Shown: positions 28,479 to 37,235 of the stretch, piece after piece | Position numbering within the stretch: the first letter of the stretch is position 1 | Layout of the letters: every line of letters begins with the position of its first letter | NCBI GenBank assembly: GCA_029258735.1 | Contig: JAPDKD010000029.1 | Coordinates: forward strand, 1-42,125 | Origin: an archaeon | GTDB taxonomy: Archaea; Thermoproteota; Thermoprotei; Thermofilales; JAPDKD01 | Reading direction: 5' to 3' | Length of the DNA: 42,125 nt | Position numbers and translations under genes: made by a program | Notes under the pieces: model-generated | Databases searched by the model: none | What the model saw: the letters and a program-made list of their open reading frames with translations, nothing else | What the model was told of the DNA's origin: nothing

Positions 28479-28950
28479 CCATGCAATATTATCAATGTTA
28501 TCCGTCTATCAACTCCCTCTATTTTCCGAGTTTTTAAATACTTTGCTGTATTCGGCAGTTGTGGGGTCGGCGGTAGCATTGGGGTTAATTAGCGTTAAAG
28601 CAGGGTTGTTAGCTGCCTTAATTACATACATGGCGTCTGTTCTTTTTTCTTTAAACAACGTGGGTTTTGCTCAAGCCTTTCTTTACTGGCTTAGCCTTCT
28701 CTTTGAGGTTGGTTTCACAGTTTTAGTGTCATGCGCATTCATAAATCAAATTAGGGTTGAAAAGATTGTTGCATGGACTTTTATTTCTAATTTCTTAGCT
28801 ATATTGACTTTAGCAGTACTAGAGTATGGTAGAAATCCTGACTATGTTTTTAGCGTTATTTTGCCTTGGTCGACTCCTCACCTGCTACTTTCTGCCCTTA
28901 TGACCCCTGTTTTCTATTTTCTTTATTCCAGCAAAATCCACCAGGGATAA
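28438..28950 (+). CDS. Hypothetical integral membrane protein (about 5 TM)
   Basis: GGGTGA RBS before ATG; hydrophobic helices throughout; fills the gap between two minus-strand genes and overlaps both. Confidence 0.55.
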   Translation: MNRRKVWFGGILLIHAILSMLSVYQLPLFSEFLNTLLYSAVVGSAVALGLISVKAGLLAALITYMASVLFSLNNVGFAQAFLYWLSLLFEVGFTVLVSCAFINQIRVEKIVAWTFISNFLAILTLAVLEYGRNPDYVFSVILPWSTPHLLLSALMTPVFYFLYSSKIHQG

Positions 28951-30708
28951 TAGTATTATTGTAATTAGTAATGCAACGTCGACATTAAGTGCTTTCATTA
29001 TGTTTAGTTTTACTGGTACGGGTTTGTTGTCGTCTTCTCCGGGCACTATATCGTTTGGGTCTACTTGAACTGTTAACGGTTCAAACGGCAGAGATATATC
29101 TTTCTCGCCTTGTGTGCCATTCACCCATAAAGTTACTGTTATAGATGTTAGCCTCGTGTTTATTCTTACTGGGACCAGAGCTATAACAGGGTCTCCCGTA
29201 TTTTTTACCTTTAGGTGCAAAGTATAGGTTAGGCCTGTTTGTTTTGCGTAGGTTTCAACGCTATAGTGCGGCACGCCTGACCCGTATACCCAGGAATTAA
29301 AGAACCAGTCTAGGCTTGCCCCGTAAACTCGCTCGGCTTCTACTTTAAAGTCTCTTAGTTTGCATATTTTAAATCGGTATTTTTCCTGTAATCTGTGCAT
29401 GAGTTCAAAATATTTTGCATCACCCATCAACCAGTTTAGCATTCGCAGAACCATTGCTCCCTTGTTATATACTATAGTGAAGTATGCTTGCGAATCTGCG
29501 CCGAAATCGAACACTGACCACGCTATCGGATAATCCTTGTCCCTAATTTTTAGGAACCGATAGTAGGGGCGCCTGACTGTTAAGTCAAATATTTCTTCGA
29601 ACTTTTTTTCACCGTACACCCACTTAAAGTACAGAGTGTCAGAATACTCGGCAAAGGGCTCGTCCATTATGGGTTCAAGTCCTTCGTGGTTTCCAACCAT
29701 GCCGTACCACCAGTTGTGTGCTGTTTCGTGCGCTACGACAAGTTCTAGGATTGTTTTTCTTTGTGGCGAGTATAAGCTTGATGTTATCATTACGAACATC
29801 GGATACTCCATTCCTCCGAACCAGCCATATACTTCGACAACACGGAATTCTGAGTAAGCGTATTCACCGTAGTATTTACTGTAAAGCTCTATAGATTTTA
29901 TTGCTGTGTTAAGCGCTATTTCGCCTGCCACTTCGTGGCCTAAAAGATAATAGGAATAAACCTTTACTTTTCTTCTGCCGACACTAGCCTCGCCGCTTAC
30001 AACCTCATAGTTCTTACTGACAGCGGCGGCGAATTCCCTTACTGGAAGCGGCGTATACCATTTATATATCCATTCGCCAGCTTTCTTTTTTATTTCATCT
30101 AGCCTGCCAGTAGCAGCCATTACATAGCCTTCGGGCACGGAGAAAGTTATGTTGTAGTATGCGCATTCAAAATAGAAGCTTTCTCCAGCATCCCAATACG
30201 GGTCTAGATTCCATCCCCGCTCGTCGTACACTGCCATGATAGGGTACCAGTGGGCTAAAGCGAATACTCCTGCGTAGTAGCCGAAACGATCTTCTTTAAT
30301 CGGAATTTTTACTTTAAACGATATTTCTATTTTTATAGAACTTGAAGGTAAAAGGGGCGTGGGTAAGAAGATTTTCAGAATTGTTCTATCTTCTCCTGTT
30401 ACAATAAATTTTGCCTCCTTTCCGTCAATACTTATTTTCCTTATTTCAATGGAGCCCCCTAGGCTTTTAAATGAGGGAGCGTTTGGATATACATGTAGAT
30501 AAAGCTCGTTAAATCCTAGGTCGCGCCTGTTTGTGTAATAGATTGTTTCGTTAGCTTGAATTTCTAGTTTTTCAACGTTTAACTTTGCTGATATTATATA
30601 CTTGTCATAAGAGTTTACCGCAGCAACCGCAAGAGTGGGAGTTGAACAGGTGCAGAAAAATAGAAAGGTGATAATAGTAATTAGAATGAAAAATTTATTG
30701 TTGTGCAT
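28885..30708 (-). CDS. Secreted/membrane-anchored M1 family zinc aminopeptidase
   Basis: Signal peptide; GGMEYP; HETAH-x18-E (HETAHNWWYGMVGNHEGLEPIMDE); YNKGA catalytic Tyr; C-terminal TM plus basic tail. Confidence 0.9.
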   Translation of the reverse strand: MHNNKFFILITIITFLFFCTCSTPTLAVAAVNSYDKYIISAKLNVEKLEIQANETIYYTNRRDLGFNELYLHVYPNAPSFKSLGGSIEIRKISIDGKEAKFIVTGEDRTILKIFLPTPLLPSSSIKIEISFKVKIPIKEDRFGYYAGVFALAHWYPIMAVYDERGWNLDPYWDAGESFYFECAYYNITFSVPEGYVMAATGRLDEIKKKAGEWIYKWYTPLPVREFAAAVSKNYEVVSGEASVGRRKVKVYSYYLLGHEVAGEIALNTAIKSIELYSKYYGEYAYSEFRVVEVYGWFGGMEYPMFVMITSSLYSPQRKTILELVVAHETAHNWWYGMVGNHEGLEPIMDEPFAEYSDTLYFKWVYGEKKFEEIFDLTVRRPYYRFLKIRDKDYPIAWSVFDFGADSQAYFTIVYNKGAMVLRMLNWLMGDAKYFELMHRLQEKYRFKICKLRDFKVEAERVYGASLDWFFNSWVYGSGVPHYSVETYAKQTGLTYTLHLKVKNTGDPVIALVPVRINTRLTSITVTLWVNGTQGEKDISLPFEPLTVQVDPNDIVPGEDDNKPVPVKLNIMKALNVDVALLITIILLSLVDFAGIKKIENRGHKGRK

Positions 30709-30717
30709 TTTTATCTT

Positions 30718-33700
30718 TCACTGTAAGCCTTCTTTTCTAGCTTTGTTTATGTATTCCTGTCGTTCTTCTGGCTTTAGTCCCCTCCATATTAGTAGCTGTT
30801 TTCTTATTACGTCTGTTATTTGCCGAACGCCTCTAATCCACACGTGTTCTGTACCGCTCAGCCTCTTGAATATGATGGTCCAAGTTGTAGTCTTACCGAC
30901 CGTGTCTACCTTTAGCTGAGTGGTTGTAGCCACTCCCCAGTCGAAAGGTTTGATTCTTACCCTCATGTCCAGCACTCTGCTGCGCCCTCTTTCCACTTTT
31001 TCCTCTCTGTATTTAATGCGTTCTACCATGAAGGGTCCTTCTGCCTGTTCTGACTGGAAAAGCTGTAGGTATTCTTTGAGATATAGTACGGCTCCGGCTA
31101 CTTCGGCTCGGGATATTACGAATGGTATTTTCACGATGTAGGTGTCTCCTCTCCTTACTGCGTGTGCTTCAAGCCTCCATTTTCTCTCGAAGCTCGGCGT
31201 TACTAGCCGTGACGCGTAGCGGACAGGGTAGGCTGTTGCGGCTAGCGTTATTCCGATGGAAGCGAGTATCGAGAATACTATCCACATTGACCCTGCGTTA
31301 ACTTTTAGCCCCGTGACAAGCGTTGGCATGGAGATTCCGGCCATGTATCCGAGGAATGAGCTTACTATAGCTACTATGGTGAACTCCATTAGGAATATTC
31401 CTGCTACGTGCAGTGGTGAGAGTCCTACTGCGCTGAGGATTCCTATCTCTTTGGTTCTTTCGTAGACTGCTCCGAGTATGGAGCTAAGTATGGTAAACAT
31501 CAGAAGAACTTCCGGTATTAGAGCTTCTTGCCCTGTTACTTGCTGAGATGTTAGGGTTGCCATGCGTGTTACTTCATATTTTCCGTCTTTGCTAAGAGCA
31601 TAATATACGTTGTATCTGAAGAGTTGTGTAATTTTTTCAGCGACTTGTGGAGCCTTCTTGGGGTTCTTCAGCGTTATATGTATTGCGAATACTTGTCCTC
31701 CCATCTGTTTTGCTACCTCAACAGGCACAATAACTACCTCGGATGGATCCATGGGCTGGGCAGAGCGGAAGGCAACTCTTCCTCCGGCTTCTACTTCTCT
31801 GGAAAATGGAATAATTACGATTCCGTCGAGGTCTTTTATTGTTGATAGATAGACTTTTGAGTTGTTAATGATTCCTACTATTTCGAATCTTTTACCTAGA
31901 ATTTCTATTTTTCCGCCTATTCTAGCGTCCACTCCAGCTGATTTAAGGAGGTCTGCTAGTTCTGCAGATATTATGCAGACTCTCTCATTGCTATTTATGA
32001 ATGGCCGGCTTCCCGGGGTGAAGATAGCGTCCCAGTTTTCTTCGAAGGCTTTGATTATTTTGAAGTCTGCCGGGTCTAAGCCTAGAATCGCTCCTATAGT
32101 TATGGGCTGTCCCGCTGATGTTCTGGCTATTTCTATTTGCTGTCCTATTGGGTAGTAGAAGATTACTTCTGTTATATGTTCAATGTCGTCTCCGAACGCT
32201 GACTGTATCTGCTTTGACAGCAGTGACGGCAGCGGTCTAAATGAGCTTTCGCGTATTAGTAGTCCTTGGTAGCCGTAGCTTACCTCGTATGTTGCTACAG
32301 GCGCTACGTATCTCGTCGAGAGCACCGAGATTATTGAGACAAACGCCATTGTTGCTATCATTATGGAGATTATTAATAGGGAAGTTCTAACCCACCTTCT
32401 CCTCAGATTTCTGAGACCTAGAGATGCCGCCATCAGCATTGCGCTGAATTTGTCTAATTCTGCGAAGTGTTTTCCTACGAACTTCGTCCTTAGCTCCTTT
32501 ATTGCTTCTGTCGCGTGGCTGAAGGAGATTACTAGCGGCACAATAGACAGGATGAGCATTAGGAATGCTATCGCTACGAGCGGTAGGCTGGCTATTAAGG
32601 TGAAGCCTGGGTGGTTAAATACCATGAACGCTATGGCTGCTAGGAATATTGCTATGAACGCTGCAGCGCGCTTCTTAAGGTCTTCAAATTCGAATATTAG
32701 CCTCTCTAGCAGGTACGCGAAGGGCAGGGCTAACAGTAGGAAGAATACCGAGGCGTATGATGCGTCGAAGAACATTGTTCTTATCGCTACGTAGGCTTTT
32801 CGCTCAAGCAGTAGGGCTAGTACCGCGCTGCCTCTTGCTTCATACCATTTTTTCTGGGCGTAATATTCTTGCGCTTTCTTCCAGTTTGCCGCTGACTCGT
32901 TCATGTTTCTTTCTATGGGGTCTACGAAGAGACCTGTTCTCTTGGCTTCTTGCAGGCGTTTTTCATCGACTTTTCTGAAGCCGATGTAGTTTTCGAAGAT
33001 TGTGAATGGCATTATTACCTGTGTGCCGGGCTTTATGTTGTATCCTCTGGTTTTGTTGTTGAATATGGCTGCATACCACCTGGTTCCACCTAAGTCTACC
33101 ACTGCGTCGAATCTGGGCGTTTGAGCTAGGGCGGGGTTTTCGAAGACGACTAGCGTGCCCGTTGACATTTCTGGTGTTGGTACGAAGCCTACGTTTTCCC
33201 ACACAAAGCCGAAGAATCTCGCGTAGTTCTGAGTATAGTGGTCTATTACTAGGACTGGCAGGAATTCGGATACTGGTGATGCAGTATCGGGGTCAAGCAC
33301 GTCAAAGAACACTAGTGTTCCTGCCCTAAATACGCTGGATTCTATTTTGTTGACTGCTTGGTGCATTCTGGCTCTGAATGCACCTCGCATATATGTGCCG
33401 AAGTCTATTGCGTATTTTACTGGTCCCTCCGGCGGTTCGTCGTTGAAGGGGAAGATGGCATATGTCGCGATGTCGCTGGGCGCGATTGTGTGAATTACAT
33501 ATGTGCCGTTGGAGTCTGTTTTTACTACAAAATAGTGTCTCACGAAGAAGGGTAGCTGTCTAGCTGTTGACATTCCAAAGACTATTACTATCGAGTTGGG
33601 GACGGGTTTGTATACGCCTTCTGATTCGTTGAAGAATACTACTTTTCCTTCAAGGGTTCTTACACGTCCTGGAGCGTAGAGTTTTAGTATATCGTCAGGA

Positions 33701-35094
33701 TAGTCGTCGAGTAGGTATAGTAGAAGGTTTAGATAGGTGCTGCCTAGTTTTTCCGCGACTTCGCCGGGCTTTAGGTCTTTTCGCGAGGTTAATGTTTCGT
33801 AGGTATCTTGAGGTGTTGCTGTTCCCTCCCATATTGCTGGCGACCCGAAAGCTATACCTGGAATCTTTACCATTTCGAATATTTCGAAGTCGAAGTATCT
33901 TAGCCTTAGAACTTCTGCCTGAGTGGGGCTGTAGTCCCATAGTATGAGTTTGAAGCCGTAGTGTTTAGAGTAGGTTTCATTTACCAGCTTTATGAAGTCC
34001 TGCCGTACTGCAAATGTTGCTTGATCGTAGTCTAGCGGATAGTAGCTTTGGAAGTTTCCTCTATTGAATATTCCTGCATTTGCCGAGGATGATGAGAGGG
34101 ATAGTTCGAAAACAAAGCGTATGTCGTTGAGTAGGTCGTCTTTATGCTTGTATACAAACTCTCTGGCGCCTTGTAGGGCTTGGCGATATCCTGAGAAGAA
34201 GCCAAATATTAGTGTGTATCTGTGTTTTTTAGCTGCGGCTATTCTCGCTATTTCTAGCAGAGTTGCGGCGCTTAATGCGTCATCCGCTCCTTGAGCTAGA
34301 GCTGGTATTGCAGACCATGTGTCGTAGTGGGTTATTGCCATTATTGCTTCTTTCCTTTCACCGGGCAGTGTAGCTATTACGTTGTATGAAGGCTTGATTA
34401 CGTACTCCATTTTTACTACTATTTTTCCCTGCATCCCCAGCTGGTATAGTTTGAAGAAGTCTTCCTCGTTTACAGCTATTCGTGGGAAGTCTATTGGTAC
34501 CCAGAATCTCTTCCAGTAGTTATCGTACTCTGTGAATCGTGTTTGATTATTTATTAGGAATATAATTCCCTTCGCCCCTAGGTAGGCTGCCCATCTCCAA
34601 GCTTTCTCACTATCCCATTTCAGCGCAACTATCTTGTCTTTAACATCTATGCCTTCGAAGTCTCTTAGATCTCCGTACTTTGTTTCTACGTATATTACCT
34701 CTCCTTCAAGCCCGTCAGTGTAGGATGTTTCGATCGTATTGGGAAGTAAAGCGTAGGCCTTTATAACCTGCGCGCCTATTTGCGTATATAATACTAGCTC
34801 TGAATGCTGCTCGTATGGTACAGTTACGTTGAACTCCTCCAGCGTAACGTTATATCCATAGCTTGAAAGCACATCCGCAATGTATTTCGCCGCTTCTTCA
34901 CATTGAGGATATCCGGAGATTCGGGGTGCAAAGCTGGAAAGTTTTCTTAGGTGCTCTAGGACGTTGTTAACGTTTACATTAAGTTTTGACGGCTCATAGT
35001 TAGGCGGCAGCGCATATGTACTTGTTGAATAGAGACTCGATAGTATAAACACTGACAGTAATAATATTATTACCAGCTTTTTTCTTATCCTCAT
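30718..35094 (-). CDS. M28 peptidase-like (with PA domain) + FtsX/MacB-like permease fusion protein
   Basis: Signal peptide; RISGYP, PA insert, SYNVIA, THYDT, GADD; TM block; RNLRRRWVRT; AVYERTKEIGILSAVGLSP; ATG 35094 behind GGTGAGG (track start 35103). Confidence 0.85.
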   Translation of the reverse strand: MRIRKKLVIILLLSVFILSSLYSTSTYALPPNYEPSKLNVNVNNVLEHLRKLSSFAPRISGYPQCEEAAKYIADVLSSYGYNVTLEEFNVTVPYEQHSELVLYTQIGAQVIKAYALLPNTIETSYTDGLEGEVIYVETKYGDLRDFEGIDVKDKIVALKWDSEKAWRWAAYLGAKGIIFLINNQTRFTEYDNYWKRFWVPIDFPRIAVNEEDFFKLYQLGMQGKIVVKMEYVIKPSYNVIATLPGERKEAIMAITHYDTWSAIPALAQGADDALSAATLLEIARIAAAKKHRYTLIFGFFSGYRQALQGAREFVYKHKDDLLNDIRFVFELSLSSSSANAGIFNRGNFQSYYPLDYDQATFAVRQDFIKLVNETYSKHYGFKLILWDYSPTQAEVLRLRYFDFEIFEMVKIPGIAFGSPAIWEGTATPQDTYETLTSRKDLKPGEVAEKLGSTYLNLLLYLLDDYPDDILKLYAPGRVRTLEGKVVFFNESEGVYKPVPNSIVIVFGMSTARQLPFFVRHYFVVKTDSNGTYVIHTIAPSDIATYAIFPFNDEPPEGPVKYAIDFGTYMRGAFRARMHQAVNKIESSVFRAGTLVFFDVLDPDTASPVSEFLPVLVIDHYTQNYARFFGFVWENVGFVPTPEMSTGTLVVFENPALAQTPRFDAVVDLGGTRWYAAIFNNKTRGYNIKPGTQVIMPFTIFENYIGFRKVDEKRLQEAKRTGLFVDPIERNMNESAANWKKAQEYYAQKKWYEARGSAVLALLLERKAYVAIRTMFFDASYASVFFLLLALPFAYLLERLIFEFEDLKKRAAAFIAIFLAAIAFMVFNHPGFTLIASLPLVAIAFLMLILSIVPLVISFSHATEAIKELRTKFVGKHFAELDKFSAMLMAASLGLRNLRRRWVRTSLLIISIMIATMAFVSIISVLSTRYVAPVATYEVSYGYQGLLIRESSFRPLPSLLSKQIQSAFGDDIEHITEVIFYYPIGQQIEIARTSAGQPITIGAILGLDPADFKIIKAFEENWDAIFTPGSRPFINSNERVCIISAELADLLKSAGVDARIGGKIEILGKRFEIVGIINNSKVYLSTIKDLDGIVIIPFSREVEAGGRVAFRSAQPMDPSEVVIVPVEVAKQMGGQVFAIHITLKNPKKAPQVAEKITQLFRYNVYYALSKDGKYEVTRMATLTSQQVTGQEALIPEVLLMFTILSSILGAVYERTKEIGILSAVGLSPLHVAGIFLMEFTIVAIVSSFLGYMAGISMPTLVTGLKVNAGSMWIVFSILASIGITLAATAYPVRYASRLVTPSFERKWRLEAHAVRRGDTYIVKIPFVISRAEVAGAVLYLKEYLQLFQSEQAEGPFMVERIKYREEKVERGRSRVLDMRVRIKPFDWGVATTTQLKVDTVGKTTTWTIIFKRLSGTEHVWIRGVRQITDVIRKQLLIWRGLKPEERQEYINKARKEGLQ

Positions 35095-35120
35095 ATACCT
35101 CACCTTTTTTCTCTAGATGA

Positions 35121-37052
35121 CTAATATATTTCAAACGCCACCGCCTGCCTCACGAAGCTTAACGCCGTCGCTAAACTGATTACTACGCTGGAGCCTGCAA
35201 ATATGCCTGCTGCAACTGTCATAATATACTTGTCTGCCCATTCTTTGCCCAGCTTCTTCTCCATGAGCTTCTTTAGGAGCAGGCCTAACACGATACCTGT
35301 TGAGTTACTGGGCATGTCCAGTATGCCCGCTACGAATCCGAAGAGCGTTGGAAGGCCGAAAAACGGAGACAAATAGGGGAGGAAGCGCGGAATTACTCCT
35401 ATAATGCTTCCCACAATAAACGAGCTGATAATGTAGTCCGGCTTGAATATTGTCCCCAGCTGTCTTGTTATGAATAAAGCTCTTAGAAGAGCGTCGGCCG
35501 GATAGCTTGGAGCGGGCATGAATCTTGACGGCACATCATACACGTACCATAACATGCCAGCTATTATAAGCCCTATGGCCCAAGTCATGTATGTTCCGAG
35601 AATGTGAGCTTTTGCTATGCTGAAAGGTTTGGTGTTTGTTAGTTGGGCTGCTTTGTAGCCTATACATATTGTAGCTCCCCCTATTGGCTGTGCAAGGAAC
35701 GGATTAAACCATACCCAATAGGACATTGGATTTTGCGGTCCAGGTACTGGGGTGGTTAACCATATTGTTACCTCGTTAAGATAGGGTATCGTGAAAAGCC
35801 CGCCTATTATTCCGGCAGATCTCGCTCCAATTATTGTATTTAAGAAGCTGAAAACTGTAGTTATAAGTATCGTCCCTATTAGGAAAGGTATACCCATTGG
35901 AGTAAACATGTAAGACAGACTAGCGAGAGTTAGTGCTGAAGCCAAGAACATTATAATTGCCATTTTCCCCGGTATTACTCCGCTTTTACGCGCGACGTCT
36001 GCAGGCATTTGGAGGAATGTTTTAATAGCTCCCGCTATTTGCTTTGCGCTTAAAATAGTTGGAACTATTCCTATGGCTACGAGTAGGCCTACTGCGAAGC
36101 TTAGCCAAAAGAATAGCTGTGGCTCGTACCATGCCCCCGTTAGAGTCCCCGGTATGAACATCGGTCTGCCTGGAGTATATGGATATTCTTTTAATCCCAT
36201 GCTTATGAATATGGGGGGCAGTATGACATAAGCTACTATTGATGTTACAAACTGCCATATAATCACTATTTCTGGGATTATTAAACCGAGAGCTATGACT
36301 AGGAGATTTGTCGTTATTCCTGTCGTTGCTCCATGAATTATAGGGTCTATCATTTCGGTGAAATCGTAGTGTATTGGGCTGATTATCATGAGCCGCCTGC
36401 CTAGAATTATTTCAGTCAGAGAGGGGAAGAGGATACGTATGGATTCGTAGATTGCGGCCATCATGGTGGCTATTGCGAAAATCCTGTATCGTTCCTTTTC
36501 GCCTCCTGAGAGAGCGATTGCTATTTCTGCGGCTACAGCGCCTGTGGGGAATGGTAGCTTTTCTACTTCAATGAATAATGTTCTAGCTACGAATGATAAC
36601 GAAATATCTGCGGCCAATACAAGCGTCATTGATAAGAGCCCTATTCCAATAGGTAATAGCCAATCGGGATGCCATATCATTCTGTGTATCATTGCGGGGC
36701 TGTTCTCAGGCGGGCAGGACCACCATGGAATGTTCTGTGCTATGCCGAACTGCTTCGTAATAGGGCTTTTCTTTAAATAAACTGTAAAAAGGAAGCCACC
36801 AGTGTATCCTGCTGCTATTGAAGCTCCCCAGCGGATCGTTGCTAGCTCGCTGGCTGAGAGAGGCGACATCATTATGAGGCCGAGCTCTCCGAAGATTAGC
36901 ATCGTGGCGTATGCCGCCGCTATTGTTCCGACAAGCTGACCAGTTGCTAAGTAAACCCATAGTAGAGCTGGCATCATAACGAGTGAAGAGAATAGCATTG
37001 CTAGAAGGGTTCTGGAGGTCAGTCCTTCCTGGAGCTGAACTGTGCTGGACAT
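35121..37052 (-). CDS. OPT/YSL-like oligopeptide transporter family membrane protein
   Basis: About 16 TM segments; GLTSRTLL N-terminus; IEVEKLPFPTGAVAAE OPT-type motif; C-terminal AAGIFAG; GAGGTG RBS. Confidence 0.72.
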   Translation of the reverse strand: MSSTVQLQEGLTSRTLLAMLFSSLVMMPALLWVYLATGQLVGTIAAAYATMLIFGELGLIMMSPLSASELATIRWGASIAAGYTGGFLFTVYLKKSPITKQFGIAQNIPWWSCPPENSPAMIHRMIWHPDWLLPIGIGLLSMTLVLAADISLSFVARTLFIEVEKLPFPTGAVAAEIAIALSGGEKERYRIFAIATMMAAIYESIRILFPSLTEIILGRRLMIISPIHYDFTEMIDPIIHGATTGITTNLLVIALGLIIPEIVIIWQFVTSIVAYVILPPIFISMGLKEYPYTPGRPMFIPGTLTGAWYEPQLFFWLSFAVGLLVAIGIVPTILSAKQIAGAIKTFLQMPADVARKSGVIPGKMAIIMFLASALTLASLSYMFTPMGIPFLIGTILITTVFSFLNTIIGARSAGIIGGLFTIPYLNEVTIWLTTPVPGPQNPMSYWVWFNPFLAQPIGGATICIGYKAAQLTNTKPFSIAKAHILGTYMTWAIGLIIAGMLWYVYDVPSRFMPAPSYPADALLRALFITRQLGTIFKPDYIISSFIVGSIIGVIPRFLPYLSPFFGLPTLFGFVAGILDMPSNSTGIVLGLLLKKLMEKKLGKEWADKYIMTVAAGIFAGSSVVISLATALSFVRQAVAFEIY

Positions 37053-37235
37053 TTTTACACCTCTTCATTTTAAAGCTATTTTTTATCAATGGATACCCCT
37101 ATATTTAAATAATTCCAGCTAAAGAGTTCTTTAATTAAAAATTTTTATAAGAAGAGCATCATTAAGCGATGGATGATATTTAGAACGTATAAATTTCAGA
37201 AAAAATATCAATATATTTTAATATATGTTGCTTTT

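Noticed and set aside
37053-37235. Possible C/D-box sRNA or small ORF in the spacer between the OPT-like genes
   Set aside because: No convincing RUGAUGA/CUGA pair or RBS-led ORF on either strand; consistent with terminator plus promoter
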